Part shown: in pieces, positions 47,172 to 56,977 of the stretch
Position numbering within the stretch: position 1 is the first letter of the stretch
How the letters are laid out: each line of letters begins with the position of its first letter
Source: an uncultured Chloroflexia bacterium
GTDB lineage: Bacteria; Chloroflexota; Limnocylindria; Limnocylindrales; CSP1-4
Length of the DNA: 64,000 nt
Assembly (NCBI GenBank): GCA_963766735.1
Contig: CAVYBU010000006.1
Coordinates: 64,001 to 128,000 of the forward strand
Direction: 5' to 3'
The notes under the pieces: generated by a model
The model's input: only the letters and a program-made list of their open reading frames with translations
The model's database searches: none
What the model was told of the DNA's origin: nothing
Made by a program: the position numbers and the translations under genes

Positions 47172-47330
47172 ATGGCCTCCCCGGCCGCCGTCCGGATCGG
47201 CGCCGACGACCCCGGCGTCGGCGACCCGTCCGGCAGCACTCGCTCCAGCATCACGATCCTGCGCGTGGCGATCGTCGTCCTGGTCACGTCCGTCGTCCTG
47301 CTCGCTGAAATCCGGAGGTCCAGCCGGTGA
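47172..47330 (+). CDS. 52-aa single-TM small protein coupled to the P-type ATPase
   Basis: RBS GGAGGG, GC-rich third codon positions, ITILRVAIVVLVTSVVLLAEIRR; TGA overlaps the ATPase GTG (GTGA). Confidence 0.5.
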   Translation: MASPAAVRIGADDPGVGDPSGSTRSSITILRVAIVVLVTSVVLLAEIRRSSR

Positions 47331-50011
47331 CGAGCGCGACGATCGACCAGAGCGCAGCGCCGGCTCGTCCGTGGACGGTCGATGCATCGGTCGTCGCTGC
47401 GGCGCTCGCGACTGACGCCACGCGTGGGCTGACCGGTGCCGATGCCGCCGATCGCCTCGTTCGCTTCGGACCCAACGAGCTGGTGGAGCGCGCCGGCAAG
47501 CCGACGTGGCGCCTGTTCGTCGAGCAGTTCACCAACACAATGATCGTGGTGCTCATCATCGCCGCGATCGTCACGGCGATGATCGGCGACCTCAAGGACA
47601 CCTTCGTCATCCTCGCCATCGTCGCGCTCAACGGGGTCATCGGCTTCGTCCAGGAGCATCGTGCCGAGCAGGCGATGGCGGCGCTCAAGCAGATGACGAG
47701 CCCGTCCGCGCGCGTCGTGCGCGACGGCGAGGTTCTCGTCGTCCGGGCTGCCGATCTGGTGCCCGGCGATGTCGTCCAGCTCGAGACGGGTGACATCGTC
47801 GCGGCCGACCTGCGGCTCAACGGGTCCGCAGCCCTCCAGATCAACGAGGCTGCGCTGACCGGCGAGTCCGAGCCTGCCGCCAAGGTGGTCGCAGCCCTCC
47901 CCGATGTCACCGAGGCGCTGCTCGCCGACCAGCGGAACATGGCTTTCAAGGGAACCGCGGTGACCTACGGCAGGGGCGCCGGCATCGTCGTGACGACCGG
48001 CATGGCGACTGCCCTGGGACGGATCGCCGACCTGATGCAGCAGCGGCCGGCTGGGATCACGCCCCTGCAGCGGCGGCTCTCGACGTTGGGCAAAGGGCTG
48101 GCCGCGGCGGCGCTGGCCGTCTGCGCGATCGTCTTCGTGGCAGGCGTGGCGCGAGGGGAATCCGTCGAGCTGATGTTCCTCACCGCCGTGAGCCTTGCGG
48201 TGGCGGCGATCCCTGAGGCGCTCCCGGCCGTCGTAACGGTGTCGCTCGCCCTCGGAGCACAGCGGATGGTCGCCCGCCGAGCCATCACCCGCAAGCTGCC
48301 GGCCGTTGAGACGCTGGGATCCGTGAACGTCGTCTGTTCGGACAAGACGGGCACCCTCACCCAGAACCGCATGATCGTCGAGCGCGTCTGGACGCCCGTG
48401 GCCGAGTACAGCGTGGATGGCGTGGGCTACGAGCCGGCTGGATCGATCACGGGAGAGGCTGACCCGGGAGGCGATGGCATCCTGTCGCACCTCGCCCTCG
48501 TGGCAGCGGCATGCAATGACGCAAGCCTCCACGGCCCAACGCGGAGTGGTGACCCGTGGACGATCACCGGCGATCCCACCGAGGGAGCGCTGCTGGCCCT
48601 TGCCGGCAAGCTGGGCGTCACCCGCGAGGACATCAACACTCGGTTGCCGCGCGTTTCCGAGGTCCCCTTCGACGCCACAAGGCGTCGCATGTCGACGCTC
48701 AATCGCCGAGAAGGCGGGGTGTGGGTGGCGATCAAGGGCGGCGTCGACGCCCTCGCGCCGCTCGGGCGGGACGTGGATCGCGACGCCTGGGATCTGGCGC
48801 AGGCTGCCGCCGATCGCTACGCAACCGAGGGCTACCGGGTGCTCGCGCTCGCCGAGCGGAACCTTGACGAGGTCCCCGGCGATCCGGCGAGCGCAGAAGC
48901 GGAGATCATGCTGCTCGGGCTGGTGGCGTTGGCCGACCCTCCGCGCGCCGAGTCGGCTGATGCGGTTGCCGCGGCACGAGCGGCAGGGATCACGCCTGTG
49001 ATGATCACGGGCGATCATGCCCTGACCGCGCAGGCAATCGCCCGACGGGTCGGAATCCTGGCCGGGAGTGGCAGGGCCCTGACCGGGGTGGAGCTCGAGC
49101 TGCTCGATGAGGCGGCGTTCGACCGGATCGTCGGCGACGTCGCCGTGTACGCCCGGACCAACCCGGAGCAGAAGCTGCGGATCGTCGACGCCTGGAAGCG
49201 GCATGGTGCCGTCGTCGCGATGACCGGCGATGGCGTCAACGATGCCCCTGCCCTCAAGCGGGCCGACATCGGGGTGGCGATGGGCATCACCGGGACCGCG
49301 GTGGCCAAGGAGGCCGCCGACATGGTCCTCGCGGACGACAACTTCGCGACGATCATTGCCGCGGTGGAGGAGGGGCGCCGGATCTACGACAACATCCGCC
49401 GCTTCGTCCGGTACGCCCTGACGGGCAACTCGGCCGAGATCTGGGTCATGTTCCTGGCCCCGTTTGCGGGCCTCCCGATGCCTCTCCTGCCGGTGCACAT
49501 CCTGTGGATCAACCTCGTGACGGACGGCCTGCCGGGGCTCGGTCTGAGCGTCGAACCGGCCGAGCGGGACACGATGCGGCGGCCTCCCCGCCCGATGAGC
49601 GAGTCGATCTTCGCCCGGGGCCTGTGGCAGCACGCACTGCTGGTCGGGCTCCTGATGGGCGGGGTGTGCCTGGGCGTGCAGGCCGCGGCGATCGGGCTGG
49701 GCGGTCACTGGCAGACGATGGTGTTCTCGACGCTTGCCTTCCTCCAGCTCGGCCTTGCCCTTGCCGTGCGCTCTGAGACGCAGAGCTTCATGGCCCTCGG
49801 CTGGCGTACCAACCTGCCGCTCGCGCGGGCGGTCATCGCCACGGTCGCGATTCAGCTCGCGATCATCTATGTCCCGCCGCTGCAGCCGATCTTCGAGACT
49901 GAGGCTCTCGCTCCTGGCGAGCTCGCGGCCATGCTGGCGGCGTCGTCGATCGGGTTCATCGCGGTCGAGACCCACAAGTGGGCGATCCGCCGCCGGACGC
50001 GCGTCGGGTGA
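47327..50011 (+). CDS. Ca2+-type (IIA) P-type ATPase
   Basis: [38 protein letters not shown]. Confidence 0.93.
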   Translation: MTSATIDQSAAPARPWTVDASVVAAALATDATRGLTGADAADRLVRFGPNELVERAGKPTWRLFVEQFTNTMIVVLIIAAIVTAMIGDLKDTFVILAIVALNGVIGFVQEHRAEQAMAALKQMTSPSARVVRDGEVLVVRAADLVPGDVVQLETGDIVAADLRLNGSAALQINEAALTGESEPAAKVVAALPDVTEALLADQRNMAFKGTAVTYGRGAGIVVTTGMATALGRIADLMQQRPAGITPLQRRLSTLGKGLAAAALAVCAIVFVAGVARGESVELMFLTAVSLAVAAIPEALPAVVTVSLALGAQRMVARRAITRKLPAVETLGSVNVVCSDKTGTLTQNRMIVERVWTPVAEYSVDGVGYEPAGSITGEADPGGDGILSHLALVAAACNDASLHGPTRSGDPWTITGDPTEGALLALAGKLGVTREDINTRLPRVSEVPFDATRRRMSTLNRREGGVWVAIKGGVDALAPLGRDVDRDAWDLAQAAADRYATEGYRVLALAERNLDEVPGDPASAEAEIMLLGLVALADPPRAESADAVAAARAAGITPVMITGDHALTAQAIARRVGILAGSGRALTGVELELLDEAAFDRIVGDVAVYARTNPEQKLRIVDAWKRHGAVVAMTGDGVNDAPALKRADIGVAMGITGTAVAKEAADMVLADDNFATIIAAVEEGRRIYDNIRRFVRYALTGNSAEIWVMFLAPFAGLPMPLLPVHILWINLVTDGLPGLGLSVEPAERDTMRRPPRPMSESIFARGLWQHALLVGLLMGGVCLGVQAAAIGLGGHWQTMVFSTLAFLQLGLALAVRSETQSFMALGWRTNLPLARAVIATVAIQLAIIYVPPLQPIFETEALAPGELAAMLAASSIGFIAVETHKWAIRRRTRVG

Positions 50012-50104
50012 CCCCCGTCCGGCGCGCCCAGCGCCCGGACCCATGACGGGCCAGCCCGTCGGTCAGTGCGGAAGGGGAGCAGGCCCGGTCAACCGCCGCG
50101 TCGA

Positions 50105-51058
50105 TCAGCCAAACGGAACGGTCCGTCCGAGGCCACGTTCCACGGCTCGATCGTAGGCGAGCGCACCCAGCGCCACGTCGTCCATGGCAATGCCAAGGTG
50201 CATCAGCACGCTCCGCTTGTCGGCGGGGATCGCAAGGCGACCGGCCACGATGTCCGCCAGCTCGCCGTGAGGCTCCGGGAAGCCCGCAAAGTTCTCGTGG
50301 AACGTGGAGCGGTACTGCCCCAGGTCGTCCACTGCGTACAGCGCCGCCGCGTGGGCTGCCGCGGGCGCGAGCGCGTCGTCGTAGTCGAGCGGCAGGAGCA
50401 CGGCATCGGCCTCGGTGCCCTCGCCCGTGAGGCGCCCCTCGCCGAGAGAGACCGTTATGGCCGTGACCACGACATCCGCACCGTCCAGCGCCGCCTCCGG
50501 GGTGGGCGCGGCGAACGTCCGCCGGTCGCCGGCCAGCGCAAGGAGCGCGTCCGTCGCCACGGGGGCGCGGTCGTAGGCCCGGATCTCCTCGATCTCGGGG
50601 CGCTCTGCCAGGATCACGTCGAGGTTGCGCCGGCCCTGCGCGCCGCAGCCGACCATCCCGAGCCGCCTGGCACGCCGCGGCACGTGCCGGAGCGCGACAC
50701 CGGTGACACCCGCGGTGCGGATCTCCGTGATCCAGGCACCGTCCATCACGGCCAGCGGGCGCCCGGTGGCGGCATCGGTGAGCAGGAACACGCCGTAGAT
50801 GTACGGCAGGCCAAGAGCGCGGTTGCTCTCGTATCCCGCGACCCACTTGATGCCGGCGCGGTCCGAGCCGCCAAGGTAGGCGGGCATCGCGTTGATGAAG
50901 GATTCCGGGCGCGGGTGTATCGCCGGCTTGGGCGGGTTCTGGACGTACCCGGCCGCCTTCTGGCGGAACGCGTCCTCGAGCACGTCCACGACATCCGCCC
51001 AGCCGATGTCGAGCGCCTCGAGGTCCGCGCGGCCCAGGATCAGGAGTTCGTCGGGCAT
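50105..51058 (-). CDS. Ornithine cyclodeaminase / mu-crystallin family protein
   Basis: NAMPA, GIKWV, DGAWITEIRTAG, GCGAQG, GIAMDD. Confidence 0.9.
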   Translation of the reverse strand: MPDELLILGRADLEALDIGWADVVDVLEDAFRQKAAGYVQNPPKPAIHPRPESFINAMPAYLGGSDRAGIKWVAGYESNRALGLPYIYGVFLLTDAATGRPLAVMDGAWITEIRTAGVTGVALRHVPRRARRLGMVGCGAQGRRNLDVILAERPEIEEIRAYDRAPVATDALLALAGDRRTFAAPTPEAALDGADVVVTAITVSLGEGRLTGEGTEADAVLLPLDYDDALAPAAAHAAALYAVDDLGQYRSTFHENFAGFPEPHGELADIVAGRLAIPADKRSVLMHLGIAMDDVALGALAYDRAVERGLGRTVPFG

Positions 51059-51164
51059 GGGTGGTGCGCCTCCGCGCTGCTGGCGATGAACAGGGGGAGT
51101 ATCGGTGCCGGGGTATCGAAGTGGGCGACCGCACCGACGTGTGTGGAAGGCGTGCGTCGCGTCA

Positions 51165-52475
51165 TCACGCGGGGTCCGGCGGCGCGGCCTCGCCGGCAGC
51201 GGCCGCCGCCTGCGCCTTCGCCATGTCCAGCCGGGCGAACTCGGGCATCGCGAGGGCGATCGCACCCAGGCCCAGCAGCGAGAGGACGCCGCCGGAGACG
51301 ACGGAGAACTGCGTCCCCATGACCGCCGCGACGGCGCTCGCCTCAGCGTCCCCGATCCGCGGCCCGCCCGTCACGACGAGGATGTGGATCGAGCTGACCC
51401 GGCCGCGCAGTGCGTCCGGGGTCACCAGCTGGACGATCGCGCTCCGCAGGATGGCGCTGAACACGTCGGCACCGGCGGCAATGGCGAGGAACAGCAGCGC
51501 GAGCGGGAAGCTGAACGTCGCGAGCCCGAAACCCACGATCCCCAGGCTCCAGACCGCCACCGCGATCAGCACCGCCCGTCCCGGCCGGCGAACGCTCGAC
51601 GTCCAGCCGCTGAAGATTGCCGCCAGGAACGCACCGAGACCGACGGCGGAGGACATGAAGCCCACCCCTGCGGGTCCCACGCGGAACACGTCGAGAGCCA
51701 GGGGCGCGAACAGCGAACGCGGGGACCCGAACACCATCGCGTTGATGTCGACGAGGATGGTTGCCAGAACCTCTCGCCGGCTGCGGGCATACCGCAATCC
51801 CTCCGTCACCGTCCGCAGGCTTGGCCGGGCGGCCCCAGCTGCGGGCGGGATGGGCGCGATCATCAGGACGGCGATGATCGCCGCCCCGTAGGTGACGAGA
51901 TCGATGAAGTAGGCGGCCCCGATGCCCGCCGTCGCCAGCACGATGCCACCGATCGCCGGCCCGATCACGGCCGCGCCGTTGAACACCAGCTGGTTCATCG
52001 AGATAGCCGCCGGGAGGCGCTCGGGGGGAACCAGCCGCGGGATGGCCGACGCACGCGCCGGCTGGTCCACGGCGCCGAGGCCGGCCGCGGCGAACGCAAC
52101 CGCGTAGAGCGCGAGGACCGGCGGCGCGGGCAACGTCGCCAGCAGGACCAGGGCGAGGCTCGTCGTCGCCAGCCCCAGCTGCGTGATGAGGAGCAGGCGG
52201 CGCCGGTCCACCGCATCGGCGACCGCGCCGCCACCCAGCGCGAACAGCATGATCGGGACCAGCTGGACCAGCGACAGCACGCCCAGGGACCACACGTCGG
52301 ACGTCAGGACGTAGATCTGGTAGGGCAGGACGACCGTCGTGATCATCCGGCCGGCAACGCTGATCGCCTGGCCGATCCACAGCATCCGGTAGTCGCGGTC
52401 GAGGCGGAGCGGCGCGGGATCGGCGAGCAGGCTCCCGATGCGGCGGGGCGGACGGGGCGGACGAGTGACCGTCAC
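51165..52475 (-). CDS. MFS transporter (EntS/DHA3-like)
   Basis: YRMLWIGQAIS, GGAVADAVDRRRLL, TPDALRGRVSS, GGPRIGD. Confidence 0.9.
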   Translation of the reverse strand: MTVTRPPRPPRRIGSLLADPAPLRLDRDYRMLWIGQAISVAGRMITTVVLPYQIYVLTSDVWSLGVLSLVQLVPIMLFALGGGAVADAVDRRRLLLITQLGLATTSLALVLLATLPAPPVLALYAVAFAAAGLGAVDQPARASAIPRLVPPERLPAAISMNQLVFNGAAVIGPAIGGIVLATAGIGAAYFIDLVTYGAAIIAVLMIAPIPPAAGAARPSLRTVTEGLRYARSRREVLATILVDINAMVFGSPRSLFAPLALDVFRVGPAGVGFMSSAVGLGAFLAAIFSGWTSSVRRPGRAVLIAVAVWSLGIVGFGLATFSFPLALLFLAIAAGADVFSAILRSAIVQLVTPDALRGRVSSIHILVVTGGPRIGDAEASAVAAVMGTQFSVVSGGVLSLLGLGAIALAMPEFARLDMAKAQAAAAAGEAAPPDPA

Positions 52476-52635
52476 GGAGCCGCGTCGGAACCGACGAGGC
52501 TGCTGAGCACCATGTCGGACGTCCCTCCATCGCGAACCCGGCCGCGCTCCCGGGGGACCGCGCCGCTGGAGTCAAGTCTCCCCCCGCCGGCCGGTTCTCG
52601 CCCGCCGACCGGGCACGAGCCCGCAGCATGATTCG

Positions 52636-53334
52636 TCAGGCCAGCCGGCCCGCCGGGCGGAGCGTCTCGTAGCGGAGGTCTCCGCGCCGAAGGACAAAGG
52701 CGTCCAGCGCCAGGCCGTTGGGGTCCATCTCCGAGAACTCCTCGTTGATCCAGGCAACGAAGGCCCGGTCCACGTCCGCCGGCATCGAGATCAGGATGTC
52801 CCGCATCGGCGCGATCAGGCACTGGGGCGTCTCGCCGAAGATGCGCCGCAGCTCGTCCGGAACGAGGACCAGCGCGGATGCGCAGCCGACGCCCGACTGG
52901 AGCACGCGCACCGGGACGCCGTCCAGAGCCTGGCTCATCAGGTCCCGCGGCCGCACGCCCCGCAAACGGGCACGGAGGTTCTCCAGCGATGTCGCAACGA
53001 GGTCCGCCGGGCCGATGGGCCAGGACCCCAGCAGCGACTCCCCCACCACCAGGAACGCCGGCCCGATGTCGATCCCGAAACCCGTTGGGATCCCGGGCGG
53101 CAGCGTCACCCGGAACGGCTCGCCCGCCTGCGGCGGCATCGGCCTCCGGCGGGGCAGGATCGGGATGACGTTGGGGGCCATCACCTCCCAGTCCAGGTCC
53201 TGGGGCAGCTCGCCCATCGCGCGGAGGACCGCCTCCGGGGAGGCCTGTTCCATGCCGTCGCCGATGTCCACGGTGCGGTAGGTCTTGCCGGCCTTCCGCC
53301 GGCGCTTGGCGCGTCGCTTCTCGGTGTCGTTCAT
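52636..53334 (-). CDS. Hypothetical protein (weak DUF1444-like pattern)
   Basis: 232-aa ORF with typical codon bias; GIDIGP..W....DL...SLENL..ASAL..APMRDIL. Confidence 0.55.
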   Translation of the reverse strand: MNDTEKRRAKRRRKAGKTYRTVDIGDGMEQASPEAVLRAMGELPQDLDWEVMAPNVIPILPRRRPMPPQAGEPFRVTLPPGIPTGFGIDIGPAFLVVGESLLGSWPIGPADLVATSLENLRARLRGVRPRDLMSQALDGVPVRVLQSGVGCASALVLVPDELRRIFGETPQCLIAPMRDILISMPADVDRAFVAWINEEFSEMDPNGLALDAFVLRRGDLRYETLRPAGRLA

Positions 53335-53483
53335 GCGGCGCAGGATGACGATGGGGGCTTATCTCACGCCGCACCCGGACTTCATCCCCGCTTATCTGTC
53401 GACAGCAGGCGAGACCGGCTCTCGCGATCGACTACCCTCCCGGTGCCGGGGCGATCGCTCCGGTCTGTTCGAGGTGTCACCCG

Positions 53484-54518
53484 GTGGAGCCCAACGTCGT
53501 CCTGCCGTTCCTGAGCTCGACGCTCAGCTTCGTGTTCGCGCTGTTCCTGCTGGACCAGTGGCTCGAGCGGCGGCGCCCATACCAGCTGATCTGGACCTTC
53601 GGCATGGTCTGGTACGGGATCTCGGCCGGAACCGAGTTCTGGGGTGGCGCCTTCGGCTGGAGCGAACCGCTCTACCGCGCCTGGTACCTCATCGGGGCGT
53701 TCTACGTGGCGGCCTGGCTGGGCCTCGGGACCATGTACCTCCTGGGCAAGACGCGGTTCGGGTACGGCGCCGCAATCAGCATCCTGTTTGCCGCGCCGAT
53801 CATGCTGGCCTCGCAGGCGAGGCACCAGTACACGGATACCGGCGTCATCCCGGTCGTGGCGTTCGGCATCGCCGTGCTCGGGGGCCTGCTGATCATCGTC
53901 GAGACCTATCGCGCCAAGGGCACCTGGGCACGCGTCGCCGGCATCCTGATCGTGGGCGGCTCCATCGCGGTCGCCCCTCTGGTCGCCTTCGTGCCCCTGG
54001 CGGCTCCCGGGTACCTGGTCGACGCCAACGGCATTCCGGTCGGCGACCTGATGCCGGGTGCCGTCCGCCTGCTGACGCCGCTGTTCAACATCACCGGGGC
54101 CTTCGCGCTGGCCCTGGGCGCCCTGTACAGCACGTACATGTTCATGCCCAAGAAGCGCCTGGTCCGGTACGACCTGGCGCGCTCCCAGGGTCTTGGACGG
54201 TTCCTCGTCAACCTCGTCATCGCGCCGATCGCGATCACGGTCAACCTGATTGTCTCGATCCCCGGGACCGTCCTCGCCCTGTTCAAGGGCAAGCTCAACA
54301 GCCGCGTCCCGGCCACGATCCTGTTGGCCGTCGGCGCCTTCATCCCATCGGTGACCTCGGGGCTGTCACGGTTCGGCATCACTGAGACGTTCTTCCTGGG
54401 CGAGCTCCTGGGCGTGGTGTTCCTGTTCGCCGGCACACTGGTCTCGGTGGAGGTGTTCCGCGAGTTCCGGGTCCCGTTCACGCACCGCGTTCTCTACGCG
54501 CGGAGCGAGGCCGAGTAG
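53484..54518 (+). CDS. Uncharacterised multi-pass membrane protein
   Basis: 344 aa, ~9 TM, YRAWYLIGA..AAWLGLGT; RBS GAGGTG. Confidence 0.75.
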   Translation: MEPNVVLPFLSSTLSFVFALFLLDQWLERRRPYQLIWTFGMVWYGISAGTEFWGGAFGWSEPLYRAWYLIGAFYVAAWLGLGTMYLLGKTRFGYGAAISILFAAPIMLASQARHQYTDTGVIPVVAFGIAVLGGLLIIVETYRAKGTWARVAGILIVGGSIAVAPLVAFVPLAAPGYLVDANGIPVGDLMPGAVRLLTPLFNITGAFALALGALYSTYMFMPKKRLVRYDLARSQGLGRFLVNLVIAPIAITVNLIVSIPGTVLALFKGKLNSRVPATILLAVGAFIPSVTSGLSRFGITETFFLGELLGVVFLFAGTLVSVEVFREFRVPFTHRVLYARSEAE

Positions 54519-54549
54519 GGCGGGACCGTTCGGCGGACTCACCACAGCC

Positions 54550-55398
54550 TCAGGTCCTGACGACCTCCACCCCGCGCACCGGCGGCAAGGCGTCCGCGCG
54601 CCGGTTGGCGAGGACCGGGATCTGGCGCCGCGCAGCCGCCACGCGTGACAGGTCCAGCTCGGCGCGCACGATCGCCTCGTCCATGCCCGCCTGTGCGACG
54701 ACGCTCCCCCACGGATCCACGATCATCGAGTGGCCCCAGGCGGCGATCGCTCCCGGTCCACCGGCGCCGCATCCGGCCGCCGCGAGGACGTAGGAGCCAT
54801 TCTCGATCGCACGCGCGCGAACCAGCACCTCCCAGTGGTCACGCCCGGTCCGTTCGGTGAACACCGCCGGCACTGCCAGCACCTCCGCGCCGGCCAGGGA
54901 GAGCGCCCGGTACAGCTCCGGGAACCGCAGGTCGTAGCAGATCGACAGCCCCAGGCCCGTCCCCTCGACGGCTGCGACCACGGCCACGTCGCCCGGGGTC
55001 ACCCGCGCCGACTCCAGGTCGGACGGACCGTCGTCCACCGAGGCGTCGAACAGGTGGAGCTTGCGATAGCGGGCGACGAGCTCACCCGAACGGTCGAACA
55101 GGACGGCCGTGTTGAAGGGCCGCGCGGGATCCCCCGAAGCCTCTGCGTGGCTTCCCGCCAGGACCCAGCAGCCGTGCTCGCGGGCAACGGCTGCGAGGGG
55201 TGCGGTCGTCGGGCCGGGTACCGCGCGCGCCGACGCCCGGTATCCCTTCGCAGACCCGCGGAACTGCACGTACTCGGGCAGCACGACCAGGTCCGAGCCC
55301 ACGGCGGCCTCCGCCGCCAGGGCGGCCGCGCGGGCGATGTTCGCTTCAACATCATCGCGCGCCTCGAACTGGACCAGGGCAACCCGCATCGTCTGCAT
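54550..55398 (-). CDS. Carbon-nitrogen hydrolase (Nit1-like amidase)
   Basis: LPEY, YRKLHLFD, ICYDLRFPE triad; RARAIEN. Confidence 0.92.
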   Translation of the reverse strand: MQTMRVALVQFEARDDVEANIARAAALAAEAAVGSDLVVLPEYVQFRGSAKGYRASARAVPGPTTAPLAAVAREHGCWVLAGSHAEASGDPARPFNTAVLFDRSGELVARYRKLHLFDASVDDGPSDLESARVTPGDVAVVAAVEGTGLGLSICYDLRFPELYRALSLAGAEVLAVPAVFTERTGRDHWEVLVRARAIENGSYVLAAAGCGAGGPGAIAAWGHSMIVDPWGSVVAQAGMDEAIVRAELDLSRVAAARRQIPVLANRRADALPPVRGVEVVRT

Positions 55399-55487
55399 GC
55401 GGGAATGGTACGGCCGTCGCACCGGCCCAGGCCGGGCCAACCACGTGGCCGGACCCCAGACTTGCCGCGGCGTGCGAGCATCTGCCC

Positions 55488-56960
55488 ATGCCACCCCGGA
55501 AGGAGATCCTGGAGATCGGCGGCCGCGAGGTCGCGGTCAGCAACCCCGACAAGGTGTACTTCCCCGGCCCCGGGTACACGAAGCTGGACGTCGTCCGCTA
55601 CTTCATCGCCGTCGCTGACGGGGCTCTCGCCGGCGTCCGCGGCAGGCCGATGGCGCTCAAACGCTTCGTGGACGGCATCGAGAAGGAGCCGTTCTTCCAG
55701 AAGCGGGCCCCCGAGAACCGCCCGGAGTGGATGCGCGTCGCCACGCTCAGCTTCCCGTCCGGGAGAACTGCCGACGAGATCGTCATCGACGAGGTCGCCG
55801 GGCTGGCGTGGGTCGCCAATCTCGGCTGCATCGATCTCAACCCGCACCCTGTCCGCGCCGACGACCTCGACCACCCCGACGAGTTGCGGGTTGACCTGGA
55901 CCCGGTGCCCGGGGTGCCCTGGTCGCAGATCCGCGAGGTCGCGCTGGTCGTCCGGGAATCGCTGGAGTCGGTGGGGCTCACCGGCTGGCCCAAGACCTCC
56001 GGGTCTCGCGGCATCCACGTCAACGTCCGGATCGAGCGGCGATGGACCTTTCCGCAGGTCCGGCGGGCGGCCCTGGCCCTGGCAAGGGACGTGGAGCGGA
56101 GGGCGCCGTCGATTGCTACCAGCCGGTGGTGGAAGGAGGAGCGCCATGGCGTGTTCCTCGACTACAACCAGAACGCGAAGGACCGGACCGTCGCCTCCGC
56201 CTACTCGATCCGGCCGCTCCCCGATGGACGGGTGTCATTCCCGCTGCGCTGGGACGAGGTGGCCGAGGTGGTGGCCGAGGACTTCACGCTGGCGACGGTA
56301 CCGGCCATCTATGCCGCGCGAGGTGATGCCGGCGCCGGGATCGATGCTGCCGTGGGCTCCCTGGACGCACTGCTGGAGCTGTCCGCCCGCCACGAGGGCG
56401 ACGGCCAGGGGGATGCCCCGTGGCCGCCCAACTACGCCAAGCAGGAGGGCGAACCGCCGCGGGTCCAGCCGTCCCGCAAGCGCCGTGCGGATACCGAGTA
56501 CCGGGGCCGGGGCATCGACGGCGGGCCGCCGCCGGAGGTCGCCGAGGCGCGTGCGGCGGCGGTCGCCGCGGGCGATGCCAACGCCGGCCTGCCGACCGGG
56601 TGGGAGGGCTCGCGTCCCTCGCCGACCGGACGACGCCGATCCAGCATCCCGGTCATCGAGATCGGGCGAGCGCCCACGAAGGCCGAGGTGTACGACGGGC
56701 TCGAGCGCTGGAAGGGGCGTCATCCCGAGGCAGCCACCCACCTGCAGCCCGCGGACGTGATCGAGACGGCCATGCGAGGCCGCGCGTACGCCTGGTACCG
56801 TCTGCGGCTCAACCTGGTCCACGTCCCCGAGGGTCTCCGGCCCGGGCAGGAACCGCTCGATCCAGACGCCCAGCCGGACGACTGGGCGAACGTCGCGGAC
56901 GAGGAGCGGGCTGCATGGATGGCGGGTCGGCCACCACGCGACCGAGACCCGGAGACCTGA
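55488..56960 (+). CDS. LigD polymerase-domain / Prim-PolC family primase-polymerase with C-terminal extension
   Basis: SNPDKVYF, FFQKRAP, DELRVDLDP, KTSGSRGIH, DYNQNAKDRTVASAYS, WPPNY. Confidence 0.88.
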   Translation: MPPRKEILEIGGREVAVSNPDKVYFPGPGYTKLDVVRYFIAVADGALAGVRGRPMALKRFVDGIEKEPFFQKRAPENRPEWMRVATLSFPSGRTADEIVIDEVAGLAWVANLGCIDLNPHPVRADDLDHPDELRVDLDPVPGVPWSQIREVALVVRESLESVGLTGWPKTSGSRGIHVNVRIERRWTFPQVRRAALALARDVERRAPSIATSRWWKEERHGVFLDYNQNAKDRTVASAYSIRPLPDGRVSFPLRWDEVAEVVAEDFTLATVPAIYAARGDAGAGIDAAVGSLDALLELSARHEGDGQGDAPWPPNYAKQEGEPPRVQPSRKRRADTEYRGRGIDGGPPPEVAEARAAAVAAGDANAGLPTGWEGSRPSPTGRRRSSIPVIEIGRAPTKAEVYDGLERWKGRHPEAATHLQPADVIETAMRGRAYAWYRLRLNLVHVPEGLRPGQEPLDPDAQPDDWANVADEERAAWMAGRPPRDRDPET

Positions 56961-56977
56961 CGCGCAGGCGCCCGGCC

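Noticed and set aside
53350-53410. GCTTATCT direct repeat and CTGTCGACAG palindrome in a divergent promoter
   Set aside because: Too short to distinguish from chance without comparative data.
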